A stretch of 64,000 bases of DNA from an uncultured Spartobacteria bacterium (GTDB lineage: Bacteria > Verrucomicrobiota > Verrucomicrobiia > Chthoniobacterales > UBA6821). The notes below the pieces were generated by a model. That model had not been told where the DNA came from. It ran no database searches and worked only from the letters and a program-made list of their open reading frames with translations. A program made the translations under genes and the position numbers. Shown piece by piece: positions 18,172 through 28,539 of this stretch; the stretch's first letter is position 1, and every line of letters begins with the position of its first letter. The stretch is taken from the NCBI GenBank assembly GCA_903847935.1, contig CAINEX010000133.1:8-64007 (forward strand), read 5' to 3'.

Positions 18172-19593
18172 TTATTTAGGCGTTGAGTCGTCGGGGGAGG
18201 GGAGAGCAACGGGGAGTGAGGGCTGGAGAATCCGAGTGAGTATCTCCTCCAGAGGATGCTCCGGTAGGATCATCAGATCGCTGGAGTCTCCCTCGTGAAG
18301 GGCAATGACTCCCTTGGAGGCCGGTCCGAACACATAAGATGCAAGGAGGAATTCTCCGGCACTCTCCTCAGCCGTGTTCTCGGAGAGGTGGGCACTGTAG
18401 CGGATTGAGCACGAGGGATGATCGATGCCGTGAAGTTTGAGTTGATCGGGGGTGGCCGGTGCGAAACTGCTGGCCGTGATGCTGCCCAGTTGCTCAAACC
18501 ATGCCCTGACTTTCTCACCGGGGAGGATTGATTGAGCGTTTCCAGTCGGGGCCTTGATCGTCCAATCCTCGCTTGCTGGCTTCCTGGTGAGAATCACAGT
18601 AGGCTCTCCTGTTTCATTTCCCGAAATGGCAATGCGATCAACGGTGTCATACTCGACCGGTTGTAACGTGTGGGAACGGAGTGATTGGGGCGTCATGTCG
18701 AGGGCAGCCAAGAGACCCTTCACGATGAAGATCCCTGAGCGATCACTACATTGGACATAACAACTCTCCGGAGAGGAGGGCAGTGGATCACCGATGGCGA
18801 TGGTCACCGGATTTGTCTCCCCCTCCTGGGTGAGAGCAAACACTCCCCGTGGGGACTCCAAGCCACAGGTGGATGGATCAGTTCCTGCCGGCATCCACTG
18901 CTGGATCCGGGCGGAAAGAATCGGGGTGATCCATGAGGAGAGGGCGCCTTGATCCACTTTTGCCGAAAGGGGACGTTCAAGGTTCCAGTCCCGGTTCCCT
19001 TTTTTAAGGGTCAGTTGCTGGATAGCACCTCCCTTGGTGAGTGAGATCTCCTGCAGATGTTCCGTATTCAGTGCGGTGAGGTGTGGGTCATGGAAATCCT
19101 GAACTGAGCGGAAGGCCAACTTCGGGAGTTCATCGGAAATCAAATAGATATCCCCGCCTCCCAGACGCGCATAGAGGGATCCTGGTGCCGCGCCCTCGGT
19201 ACCGAAATCAATGCTCTCCCGAACCTTGCCCTGGATCGTAAGGGATCGTTTCGGTTGATTCAGGTCGAGTGAGGCAAGACTCACCTGACCCTTGAGGTCG
19301 CTTGCTTTCAGAATATCGGATGGGGCTGTTGAAGAGGCCGACTTCAGCACGGATCGGATCAGTTGCTGGTCGGCCCGATCTGACTGCTCTCCTCCCAGGT
19401 ACCAGATGCCCTCCTTTTTCAGGAGCGTCATGGTTGAACTTCCCTCGCGGATAAAGATTTTTTCTACCTGATCAGGATCAAAGGAGAGAAGGGGATCCCT
19501 GGATGAACGAGTCTGCTTCTTAGCGGAGGCAAAGAGCAATGCGATCGCCAGAGCCGCAACGAAAATCAGGGCAAAGGTTCCTCGCCAACTCAT
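18172..19593 (-). CDS. DUF4340-like membrane-anchored protein (fourth gene of the GldG-type ABC operon)
   Basis: 473 aa with a single N-terminal TM (FALIFVAALAIALLF). Its position immediately after a GldG-like gene, with a 4-nt start/stop overlap, is the usual DUF4340 context. The family call is from context and memory. Confidence 0.55.
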   Translation of the reverse strand: MSWRGTFALIFVAALAIALLFASAKKQTRSSRDPLLSFDPDQVEKIFIREGSSTMTLLKKEGIWYLGGEQSDRADQQLIRSVLKSASSTAPSDILKASDLKGQVSLASLDLNQPKRSLTIQGKVRESIDFGTEGAAPGSLYARLGGGDIYLISDELPKLAFRSVQDFHDPHLTALNTEHLQEISLTKGGAIQQLTLKKGNRDWNLERPLSAKVDQGALSSWITPILSARIQQWMPAGTDPSTCGLESPRGVFALTQEGETNPVTIAIGDPLPSSPESCYVQCSDRSGIFIVKGLLAALDMTPQSLRSHTLQPVEYDTVDRIAISGNETGEPTVILTRKPASEDWTIKAPTGNAQSILPGEKVRAWFEQLGSITASSFAPATPDQLKLHGIDHPSCSIRYSAHLSENTAEESAGEFLLASYVFGPASKGVIALHEGDSSDLMILPEHPLEEILTRILQPSLPVALPSPDDSTPK

Positions 19594-21092
19594 CGCCGCC
19601 GCCTCCAGAGTACCACTCCCCCGAGAAGTGCGGAGGCTAAGGGAACCACGAGCATGGTCCAGAGGGCGAGGAAGCGGATCTGCTGATCATCCAGATTCAG
19701 CGTGAAGAATTCCTTGGTTTTGGGAGTGCTTCCGACAAGGCGCGTGCGATCGATCAGCATGTTCACCGCACTGGAGAAAAAATCGAGGCCCGTCCCGCCT
19801 AGGAACTTGTCCTTCAGGAATTCTGAATTGCCCACGACGACCATGCGGGAGGCACCCATGGAGATCCTGTCGTCATGGACCCCGCCTAGGTCTGTCATCG
19901 CCGCGATGATGACTGGGAAAAAGTTGTCCTTCACGGGATCGAAGTGCACCCCGCTACCATCGGCGTTCAAGTAGTCGGAACACCCGCGGAACCCATGAAC
20001 GGCGCGGATGAGCGGGCGGGTGGCCCCGGGGTTTTCAGACCAGACGCGAAGCGCAAGAGATCTGGTGTTGCCTACAAAGAGGACATTCAGGCCAACGAGA
20101 CGCGAGGTGATCTCCGAATCCGCAAAAAATTCCCCGGTGACATCTCTCAGGATGCCCATGCTGTTACCTAGGTTGATCAGACGCAGGACCCTGTCGTTGC
20201 GCGGAGTGATGCCGGCGGCGTCAAGAAAGGAGTCGAGGGTAGGGGTCTCGCCCGTGGGGTCGAGCAGGACCATGATGTGTCCGCCGCCATTCCAGTAGTC
20301 CTGCAGGGCCTTCAATTCAGTTGCAGATAGGTCAAAGTGTGCCCCGGCGATCACGACCATGGCGGCATTGGCGGGGACCGAGGGTATCCCCTGAGCCGAC
20401 TGTGCGAGATTAAGCGGCGCGACGGAGATGTTTTGCCGTTTCAGATTCTGACCGACAAGCTCCAGAGGTGGCAACCCGGGCAAACCCTCCCCATGGCCCT
20501 GGAGGAAGTAGACCTTTTTGTTCAGCTTGGGCTCGATCAGGCCGATCAGTGCAGAGGTCAGCACCTGCTCGCCACGGAAAGCGATCAAGCGTGGAGGCTC
20601 ACCATACTTGGTGGGAGCCGTATCGTACTCTCCCATCTCGGGGACCGGAATCACACTGCTCCGACCGCCATACTCGACGATCAGCACATTCTCCTCCCCA
20701 GAAAATTTGTAGCGCGCCTGAATTTCGCGTGCGGCGGCGGGATCTTTCAGCGGATCGATACGCTCGACGGCAAGATTCCGGTAATAGTGGGCATAAAATT
20801 GGAACTCCCTCAGCATGGCCATGATGTCACCGTAGAGTTCCGATCCAGTGGCGAGAGAGGAGGGTGAGAAATAGACGGTGATCTTAACCGGAGAGGTGAG
20901 GTTCCACATCGTCTCCTTGGACTGGTTGGAGAGTTCGAATTTATGGGAACGGCTGCAGTCAAACCGCCGGTAGTGTCCTAGCGACCAGCAAAGCACAGCC
21001 AGGGTCATCACCAATGCAGCAAGGATTTGCAGGGTGACGCGGAGGCGTACGGTCCGAAGTCTGGTGGGTCGTTGGGAGCGCGGAGTTCTCAT
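19590..21092 (-). CDS. GldG-like ABC-transporter auxiliary protein (ABC_transp_aux family)
   Basis: 500 aa with N- and C-terminal TM anchors. Typical regions are ITVYFSPSS...LREF...VERIDPLKDPAAAREIQARYKF...ENVLIVEYGGRS and KKVYFLQGHGE. Confidence 0.75.
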   Translation of the reverse strand: MRTPRSQRPTRLRTVRLRVTLQILAALVMTLAVLCWSLGHYRRFDCSRSHKFELSNQSKETMWNLTSPVKITVYFSPSSLATGSELYGDIMAMLREFQFYAHYYRNLAVERIDPLKDPAAAREIQARYKFSGEENVLIVEYGGRSSVIPVPEMGEYDTAPTKYGEPPRLIAFRGEQVLTSALIGLIEPKLNKKVYFLQGHGEGLPGLPPLELVGQNLKRQNISVAPLNLAQSAQGIPSVPANAAMVVIAGAHFDLSATELKALQDYWNGGGHIMVLLDPTGETPTLDSFLDAAGITPRNDRVLRLINLGNSMGILRDVTGEFFADSEITSRLVGLNVLFVGNTRSLALRVWSENPGATRPLIRAVHGFRGCSDYLNADGSGVHFDPVKDNFFPVIIAAMTDLGGVHDDRISMGASRMVVVGNSEFLKDKFLGGTGLDFFSSAVNMLIDRTRLVGSTPKTKEFFTLNLDDQQIRFLALWTMLVVPLASALLGGVVLWRRRR

Positions 21093-21104
21093 GCGTCCAT
21101 TGAG

Positions 21105-21860
21105 TTAACCGCGCCAACGGCGGGCTTGAAGCGACTGGAAAGTAAGAAAGAGGCAGAGGGCCGTCATCACCAGGTACCAGACAACGGCCCTGGTATCGTA
21201 AAGTCCTCTTGAGAATTGAGTCATCTGATCGATCGGTGAGAAAGTGACCGCGATACCCTTCATGAGTGTGCCGACCTGACCTGACAGGAAGGTCAGCAGA
21301 CCGGTGAAGAAAAACAGGGCCACCAAGCAGAAGGTCATCACCGCCGCGGAAATCTGATGCCGCGTCAGTGAGGAGCAGAGGCAACCAAGCGAGAGATAAA
21401 ACATACCCATGAGGAAAAGGAGTCCGTAAGTCCCGAGGTAGGCCCCCATCGCACCCGCTGCCTGCAGGTGGGTCTGCCACCAGAAGATGAGAAAATAGAG
21501 GCCCGTCGGGAGCCAAAGTGCCGAGTAAAGAACGAGTGCCCCGCTGAACTTGGCAAAGACCACCTGGGAGTCCCGGACAGGTGCCGTCATGAGCAGCTCA
21601 ATGGTTCCCGTGCGGTATTCCTCGGAGAAGAGGCGCATTGTCAGCAGCGGGAAGAGGAGCAGAAAAGAGAACCAAAAGAAGACCGTATTAAAGAAGGACT
21701 CCACAACCGTTACCTCGGTCGGTCCATGGTTCAGGGAGGAGACGCCGGCATAAAAATTAAAACCTGTGAGAAGCAGGAGGAAAAAAAGAAGAACCCAAGC
21801 CATCGGCGTCAGGAATGCGGAGCTGACCTCCCTTTTCAGTAGCGTCCAAAAAACCCTCAT
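21105..21860 (-). CDS. ABC-2 type transporter permease (GldF-like)
   Basis: 251 aa with six predicted TM helices. It has a 4-nt overlap with the upstream ATPase gene. Confidence 0.75.
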   Translation of the reverse strand: MRVFWTLLKREVSSAFLTPMAWVLLFFLLLLTGFNFYAGVSSLNHGPTEVTVVESFFNTVFFWFSFLLLFPLLTMRLFSEEYRTGTIELLMTAPVRDSQVVFAKFSGALVLYSALWLPTGLYFLIFWWQTHLQAAGAMGAYLGTYGLLFLMGMFYLSLGCLCSSLTRHQISAAVMTFCLVALFFFTGLLTFLSGQVGTLMKGIAVTFSPIDQMTQFSRGLYDTRAVVWYLVMTALCLFLTFQSLQARRWRG

Positions 21861-22852
21861 GACATTGCTCCCGGTTGATTGCCGAGCGACTGTAATTCCG
21901 TTGCCGACTGATCGGGCGAAGCAGGGACAAAAGAAGAGAAGATTTCCTCCAGCGGCACCTCCCTTGTGGAGAGTTCACGGAGCTTCCATCCTCGCCGAAC
22001 CGCTTCTTCGTACAGGAGGAGACGGGGATCCTCTCCCCGGGGTGAGATCTCGTAAGTGACCCAACCTTCCGACTCTGTCAGCGTTGTGGCTTTGCTGATA
22101 TAGGGAAGCGAGTTTAATTCGCGGAGTGCTGCGGAAGAGCTTTCCGTCAAAATTTCAAGCCTGATAGTTCTGGAAAGCGGGACGCTGGTACGCTGACGTA
22201 ATTCCGTGGGAGTGCCGGTCGCCACAATCCTTCCTTTATTGATGATCAGGATGCGCGAGCAGGTGGCCTCGACTTCGCTCAGGATGTGGCTTGAAAGAAG
22301 GATGGTGTGGCGTGATGCGAGCCCCTTGATCAGCGCACGAACCTCCCTGATTTGGTTGGGATCGAGTCCTATGGTCGGTTCATCAAGGATCAGGATGTCA
22401 GGTTCGTTGACAAGTGCATCTGCCAGCCCAACCCGTTGGCGGTACCCCTTGGAAAGGGTGCCCACGAGTTGTTTTTGAACGTTTCTTAGGCCGCAGAGTT
22501 GGACCGCGTCCTCGACCTTCTCCCTGATGCGTCGAGAGCGGACCCCTTTCAGGGAGGCGCGGTAGGCAAGGTATTCACCGACCCTCATCTCGGGGTAAAG
22601 AGGGACGTTTTCGGGAAGGTAGCCGATGCGTGATCGCGCCTTGAGGGAGTCACTGAAGATGTCGAAACCCGCGATCCTGACTTCACCAGAGTCTGCGGGC
22701 AAATAGCCGGAAAGAATCTTCATTGTGGTGCTTTTTCCAGCACCGTTGGGCCCGAGAAATCCTACCACCTCACCTTGATCCACCGAAAAGGATAAATCCC
22801 GGATTGCATCGGCCGTGCCGTAGCTTTTGGTGAGTCCTTGGACGGTGATCAT
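21857..22852 (-). CDS. ABC transporter ATP-binding protein (GldA-like)
   Basis: The track ORF is 21857-22900; the likely start is the Met at 22852 (MITVQGLTKSYG). Walker A is GPNGAGKSTT, the signature is LSKGYRQRVGLA, and Walker B is ILILDEPT. Confidence 0.9.
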   Translation of the reverse strand: MITVQGLTKSYGTADAIRDLSFSVDQGEVVGFLGPNGAGKSTTMKILSGYLPADSGEVRIAGFDIFSDSLKARSRIGYLPENVPLYPEMRVGEYLAYRASLKGVRSRRIREKVEDAVQLCGLRNVQKQLVGTLSKGYRQRVGLADALVNEPDILILDEPTIGLDPNQIREVRALIKGLASRHTILLSSHILSEVEATCSRILIINKGRIVATGTPTELRQRTSVPLSRTIRLEILTESSSAALRELNSLPYISKATTLTESEGWVTYEISPRGEDPRLLLYEEAVRRGWKLRELSTREVPLEEIFSSFVPASPDQSATELQSLGNQPGAMS

Positions 22853-23032
22853 GGGCGGTAGCGGAGTGCAGATCCTACCCTTAATGCCCTTGTGGCGCAA
22901 GGAGACCCCTTCAGTGGTAATTGGCAGCTTGCCGAGTCACCATGATCTGTTAAATAATGAAGATCTTTTCCCGTGGATCCAAGCGAGCCGCAAGGCAAGC
23001 CACCCGCGGGCTAATGATTTCAACCAATCTTC

Positions 23033-25825
23033 ATGAGTACATCTTTCACGGCGCGCTGGAACGAGGCGGCCATCGATGAAAATTACGAGAAATGGCGCAA
23101 GGATGCCTCTTCTGTCTCCACTGACTGGGCCTCTTTCTTCGAGGGCTTTGAACTCGGTTTTGCCCGGTATCTGAAGAATCAAGACAAGGCGCCGGAAGGA
23201 GTCGCTAGCGGATCTCCGACAACGGGATCTTACCGCCCCTCAAGTTCATCAAACTCCACGAGCCTCGAAAGTCGCGTGGAGGCTCTGATCTACACTTACC
23301 GCACGCTTGGGCATACTCTCGCCCGTCTGAATCCCCTGAGTGCCGAGATTCCTTACCAACCACTTTTGGAACTGAAGGAATTCGGCCTTACCGAATCCGA
23401 TCTTGACGAGACGGTCAGTTCACGATCCTACAGGGATGGCACTCCCCTGGTACTTCGTGAGATTGTCGCCGAACTGAACTCGATTTATTGCGGCACGCTG
23501 GGTGTGGAGTACATGCACATCCAGAACCCTCGTATCCGCCACTGGGTCAGGGAGCAAGTCGAGTCCCGCGCCGGGAAGGTGGACACTGCGACTCCCCACT
23601 ATCGTATCCTCCGCACCCTGCACAAGGCCGAGAGCTTCGAGAACTTCCTCCACACAACCTATGTCGGGAGTAAACGATTTTCCATCGAGGGAGGGGAGTC
23701 GATGCTAGTAGCCCTCTCAGAGATCCTGCACCGCTCGCCAGGGCAGGGAGTGAAGGAAATCGTCCTTGGGATGGCCCATAGGGGGCGTCTGAATGTCCTG
23801 ACCAACTTCCTGAAGAAGCCGTTTGCCATTCTCTTCAATGAATTCAGCGACAAGTACGATCCCGACCTCGGGGAAGCGAGCGGCGACGTGAAGTATCACT
23901 TGGGATACCACACCACGCGCCGTAACGAGAAGGGCGAGGAAGTGGAGGTGTACCTAGCCGCGAACCCCAGCCACCTTGAGGCTGTGGATCCCGTTGTGCT
24001 AGGCAAGGCAAGGGCTCGCCAGCGAATTCTTGAGGATACGATCGAGCGACGCAAGGTCGTGCCGATCCTGATCCACGGCGATGCCGCTTTCCCCGGACAG
24101 GGCATCGTCGCCGAGTGCTTTAATCTCTCGCAACTTCCCGGATACAAGGTCGGTGGAACCGTTCACCTCATCGTGAATAACCAGATCGGTTTCACGACAC
24201 TTCCCGCCGATTCCCGCTCCACCCTCTATTGCACCGAGATTGCCAAGACCGTTGAGGCCCCTGTTTTCCATGTGAATGGTGACGATCCTATCGCTGTCGC
24301 GGAAGCCGCGCGTATCGCGCTGGCGTTCAGGCAGGAATTCGGACGCGATGTCGTCGTCGATATCGTCTGTTACCGCCGTTACGGTCACAACGAGGGCGAC
24401 GAACCACTCTTCACGCAGCCCGATCTTTACAAGGTCATCCGAGCCCACAAGCGTCCGAGCGAGATCTTTCTGAAGCGGGCGATGGAGATTGGAACTCTCA
24501 CGCAAGAGGAGTTCGACAGCAGTTGGAAGAAATCACAGTCCCAACTTGAAGCCGCGCTGGCGGAGATGAAAATGGGGATCGACACGGATGTTAAAGCCAA
24601 TCAGAAGGCATTCGTTGGTTCCACGGCAGTCTTTCAGCCTCCTTACTCCTTCAAGCCGGTCAAAACCGCCATCAACGAAAAAACTCTGAAAACCATCGTG
24701 GATGGTCTCACGACAGTACCATCTGATTTCCGCATTCTGCCTAAAGTCCGCAAGACCATCCTAGAACGTAGACGCGAGGTCTTCGAAAAGGGTGGTCCCT
24801 ATGACTGGGCTTTCGGCGAGGCTCTCGCTTTCGGGTCGCTCATGCTTCAGGGGATCCCAATCCGTCTCTCCGGTCAGGACAGTCGCAGGGGTACCTTCAG
24901 CCACCGTCACTCCGTCTTCTACGACGAGGTGAACCGCGAGCGTTATATCCCGCTGCAGCACCTCGCTCCGGATCAAGCTCGCTTCTGTGTCTACAACAGC
25001 CCGCTCTCGGAGGCGGCTGTGCTTGGATTCGACTACGGATACTCGATGGATTATCCGAAGATGCTCTGCATGTGGGAGGCTCAGTTTGGCGATTTTGCCA
25101 ACGGAGCCCAGGTCATTATCGACCAGTTCATCGCCTCGGGGGAGACCAAGTGGCTAAGACCCAGTTCGCTTGTCATGCTGCTTCCTCACGGCTATGAGGG
25201 GCAGGGACCCGAGCACTCCAGCGCCCGACTGGAACGCTTCCTGCAACTCTGTGCCGACGAGAACATGGAGGTCTGTAACCTGACCACACCGGCCCAATAC
25301 TTTCATGTCCTGCGCCGGCAGATGCTGCGTGATTTCCGCAAACCGCTCATCATCATGACCCCGAAGAGCCTCCTGCGATCCGAAGTTGCCGTTTCGACTT
25401 CCAAGGATTTCACCGAGGGGGAGTTTCATGAGATTCTCGAGGGGCCAAAAGCGGCGGATCCTTCCAAGGTTGAGCGCCTCATTCTCTGCACCGGGAAGGT
25501 CTACTACGACCTTCAGTCCTACCGTGAGAAGAACGGTTGGAACGACCGTTCGGCGATCGTGCGACTCGAACAGATCTATCCGCTTCATGAAGAGAAGCTC
25601 CGCAAAGTGACCGCTCCCTATGTCCAGGCCAAAGAAATTGTCTGGTGTCAGGAAGAGCCCGAGAACATGGGCTCTTGGCATCATCTCCTACCCAAGTTGA
25701 TGAAGTTCTTCGGACGTACGATCAGCTATGCGGGACGCGAACAGGACGCCAGCACTGCCGTTGGCACAACGGCGGCCCACAAGAACGAGCAGGAGGCTCT
25801 GATTGCACAGGCCTTCGGAGTTTAA
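23033..25825 (+). CDS. sucA: 2-oxoglutarate dehydrogenase E1 component
   Basis: 930 aa. The N-terminal region has WNEAAIDENYEKWRKD... Motifs RYGHNEGDEP, ANPSHLEAV and QFGDFANGAQ are typical of SucA. Confidence 0.95.
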   Translation: MSTSFTARWNEAAIDENYEKWRKDASSVSTDWASFFEGFELGFARYLKNQDKAPEGVASGSPTTGSYRPSSSSNSTSLESRVEALIYTYRTLGHTLARLNPLSAEIPYQPLLELKEFGLTESDLDETVSSRSYRDGTPLVLREIVAELNSIYCGTLGVEYMHIQNPRIRHWVREQVESRAGKVDTATPHYRILRTLHKAESFENFLHTTYVGSKRFSIEGGESMLVALSEILHRSPGQGVKEIVLGMAHRGRLNVLTNFLKKPFAILFNEFSDKYDPDLGEASGDVKYHLGYHTTRRNEKGEEVEVYLAANPSHLEAVDPVVLGKARARQRILEDTIERRKVVPILIHGDAAFPGQGIVAECFNLSQLPGYKVGGTVHLIVNNQIGFTTLPADSRSTLYCTEIAKTVEAPVFHVNGDDPIAVAEAARIALAFRQEFGRDVVVDIVCYRRYGHNEGDEPLFTQPDLYKVIRAHKRPSEIFLKRAMEIGTLTQEEFDSSWKKSQSQLEAALAEMKMGIDTDVKANQKAFVGSTAVFQPPYSFKPVKTAINEKTLKTIVDGLTTVPSDFRILPKVRKTILERRREVFEKGGPYDWAFGEALAFGSLMLQGIPIRLSGQDSRRGTFSHRHSVFYDEVNRERYIPLQHLAPDQARFCVYNSPLSEAAVLGFDYGYSMDYPKMLCMWEAQFGDFANGAQVIIDQFIASGETKWLRPSSLVMLLPHGYEGQGPEHSSARLERFLQLCADENMEVCNLTTPAQYFHVLRRQMLRDFRKPLIIMTPKSLLRSEVAVSTSKDFTEGEFHEILEGPKAADPSKVERLILCTGKVYYDLQSYREKNGWNDRSAIVRLEQIYPLHEEKLRKVTAPYVQAKEIVWCQEEPENMGSWHHLLPKLMKFFGRTISYAGREQDASTAVGTTAAHKNEQEALIAQAFGV

Positions 25826-25864
25826 AATCAAACGAGAAACTTTACTCATCAATCCATTCCAATC

Positions 25865-26968
25865 ATGAGCGTTGCCGTCACAGTACCTGCCGTCGGAGAA
25901 TCCATCACCTCCGGAGTCCTCTCCGCTTGGCATAAAAAAGAAGGAGACCATGTCGTTGTGGGAGATCTTCTCTTCACCCTTGATACCGACAAGGTCTCCT
26001 CGGAGGTCACGGCCCTGGAGGCCGGCGTCCTGAAGATCAAGGTCGCTGAAGGTGCCGAGGTGCCGATCGGTTCCACGGTTGCCGAAATCGATACGGCAGC
26101 CGGCCCGAAAAAGACTGAAGTAGCTGAGCAAAAAACCGAGACGAAAGTGGAGAAGGGGAAGAGCGAAGCTCCCTCCCTGAAAACGAACGATCCGTTATCC
26201 AAGATCGGGGTTCCCGCACCTAAGGCCGCCTCGATGCCGGTTGTTCCCCCCGCATCACAAACCGTTCCGGAAGGTCGCGTGACTCGCCGCAAGTTGACAC
26301 CTCTCCGCCGCAAGATCGCCCTCCAGTTGGTCAACGCCCAGCAAACAGCCGCGATCCTCACGACCTTCAATGAAGTCGACATGAGCGCCATCATGGGCCT
26401 CCGCAAGGAAGTTCAAGAGGGGTTTCAGGCCAAGTATGGCGTGAAGCTCGGATTCATGTCCTTTTTCGTAAAAGCCGTTGTGGTGGCGCTCAAAGCCATT
26501 CCCCAGATCAATGCCCAACTCGAGGGGGACGAACTCATTGAGAACCACTTCTACGACATCGGTGTCGCTGTCGGAACCGAGAAGGGCCTCATGGTTCCCG
26601 TCCTTCGTGATTGCGAGAAGCAGAGCCTTGCCGGGATCGAGAAGGAGCTTCTTGGTTTTGCGGTCAAAGCCCGTGAGGGAAAGATAGGCCTCTCTGACCT
26701 TCAAGGCGGTTGCTTCACCATTTCCAACGGTGGTGTTTACGGATCCCTCCTGAGCACGCCGATCCTGAATCCACCCCAGAGCGGTATCCTTGGCATGCAC
26801 AAGATCCAGGAGCGCCCCGTTGCCATCGATGGGAAGGTAGTTATCCGCCCGATGATGTATCTGGCACTTTCCTATGACCATCGCGTCGTGGATGGGAAGG
26901 AGGCCGTGACCTTCCTGATCAAGGTCAAGGAAGCACTTGAGAATCCAGTAAGCCTGTTCCTCGACTGA
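25865..26968 (+). CDS. sucB: Dihydrolipoyllysine-residue succinyltransferase (2-oxoglutarate dehydrogenase E2)
   Basis: 367 aa. It has a single lipoyl domain ([10 protein letters not shown]), an Ala/Pro/Lys linker, and a catalytic domain ending [17 protein letters not shown]. Confidence 0.93.
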   Translation: MSVAVTVPAVGESITSGVLSAWHKKEGDHVVVGDLLFTLDTDKVSSEVTALEAGVLKIKVAEGAEVPIGSTVAEIDTAAGPKKTEVAEQKTETKVEKGKSEAPSLKTNDPLSKIGVPAPKAASMPVVPPASQTVPEGRVTRRKLTPLRRKIALQLVNAQQTAAILTTFNEVDMSAIMGLRKEVQEGFQAKYGVKLGFMSFFVKAVVVALKAIPQINAQLEGDELIENHFYDIGVAVGTEKGLMVPVLRDCEKQSLAGIEKELLGFAVKAREGKIGLSDLQGGCFTISNGGVYGSLLSTPILNPPQSGILGMHKIQERPVAIDGKVVIRPMMYLALSYDHRVVDGKEAVTFLIKVKEALENPVSLFLD

Positions 26969-27163
26969 GGATTAACAAGCAGGTCTCTTGAGTTCTTAGG
27001 AATATTGCGAAGTTGGTTAACCTAAATCTTGGCCTAAGATAGGTGTTTGGTATTTGAAAAAGAATTTATCAAGCGGCTCTTTTTCTTCTCTCGAAAAAAT
27101 GACGACCTTTTGGGAAATCTATCTCTTTTATTTGGAGGGGCGTCCGTTGAATATTTTTAGGAA

Positions 27164-27592
27164 ATGAATAAGTCACTTTTCACACTGAGTATCTGCCTTC
27201 TTACCAGCGTCTTCCCTTTGAAAGCCCACGAAGAGGACTCATCCTTGGAGGAGCAGATGAAAATTTTGGCTAAAGGAACAAGACAGCTCTCTCAGCAAAT
27301 TGATAACCCTACGAGTCAGCAGTCTTCCATTGATCTTATTGAGAATTTAAAAAAAGCCGTCAAAGTCTCGGAGTCTCTTGAACCAAGGAAGACAGTGAGC
27401 ATCCCTCAATCAGACAGGGGAAAGTTTTTAGCTCAATACCATGCCGAAATGGAGAAGTTATTTGATCTTTTCAATAAGATTGAAGGGGAATTGAAAGGGG
27501 GAAATTATGCCATGGCAAAATTCTCTTTGCCTCAATTAAACCTATGGAGAAAGAGGGGCATATGCAGTTCAAGGAGGACTAAAGTCATTTGA
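27164..27592 (+). pseudogene. Cytochrome b562-like periplasmic four-helix protein with an apparent 1-nt deletion near 27538-27540
   Basis: It has a signal peptide and is collinear with E. coli cytochrome b562 as I recall it (LEEQMKIL vs LEDNMETL; ...ELKGGNYAMAKFSLPQL vs LANEGKVKEAQAAAEQL). The expected C-terminal His-ligand segment KEGHMQFKED* is encoded in the +2 frame (stop at 27580-27582). One extra A in the AAA run at 27538-27540 would restore a 139-aa protein. Confidence 0.5.
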
Positions 27593-27637
27593 CTTGTGAC
27601 GAAGCACTCCACTTTTTGAATTCAGCTAAAATAAGGT

Positions 27638-28526
27638 GTGATTTTATCAAATGTGCGGGTCAAATTGATTTGCTGTTTGTTTATTTCCACGCATGTCCTT
27701 GGAAGCATAGGAGCGGCAGCACAGGAGGATCAACAGTGGGCCACGCACAAGGTCAATGAATCGCCGCTTCGACATGAGTGGGTAACGATTAGAAATGGTG
27801 ACAGGGAACTAAAAGCGATCATTGTCTATCCCGAAAAGAGGAGGGATGGACCCATAGTCCTGATCGGTCATGAGGTGTTCGGGATGACCGATTCGACAAT
27901 AAATACAGCCATGCAAATCGCCCAAATGGGCTATGTCACCATAGCTCCCGATTTTCTTTCCGGTCATGTCTCCATTGGAGATGGTTCCTCTTCCATTAAG
28001 AAGAGATCACATAGCGATCTATCAGCGGAGTTGGATGATGCTGCGGTTGACTCTGATTGCAATAGTTGGATTCATTACGCCAATAAAATGCCCCAATCTA
28101 ATGGAAAAATCGCCATTGTGGGGCTCTCTTGGGGTGGGGGCGCGGCCTTTCGCTATGCTGCAGGACCGCATGTGGACCCTTCCCTCAAGGCGATTTTTGT
28201 TTTCTATGACGTCGGCCCCCCCCGTCACAACACAGGGAATCTTTCATAACGCGAAATCAGCGGGGGTATTCCAGGTTCATCCCTTCGTAACACCGGTCTT
28301 TGGATTTTATGCAAGTAATGACAATCGTGTTGAGAGGACTCTGCAACTCACGAAGGATGCCATGAATAATGCAGGAAACCATTATGAGCCAATCGTGTAT
28401 CACGATGCCGACCACGGATTCATGCGTTTGGGTGATGATCCCGATAACACCAATCCAGCTAATAAAGATGCTATGAAAGCATCACTTTTACGACTCAGCC
28501 AGCAGCTAGCAAAACTCCAGCGTTGA
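27638..28526 (+). pseudogene. Dienelactone hydrolase family protein, split by a frameshift in a C8 tract (28215-28222)
   Basis: Two overlapping track ORFs cover it. ORF 27638-28249 carries the N-half with the nucleophile elbow IAIVGLSWGGG. ORF 27966-28526 carries the C-half with PVFGFYASNDNRV and the His motif YHDADHGF. Removing one C from ggCCCCCCCCgtc fuses them into an 888-nt, 296-codon frame. Confidence 0.75.
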
Positions 28527-28539
28527 GCCCCAGATGCTT

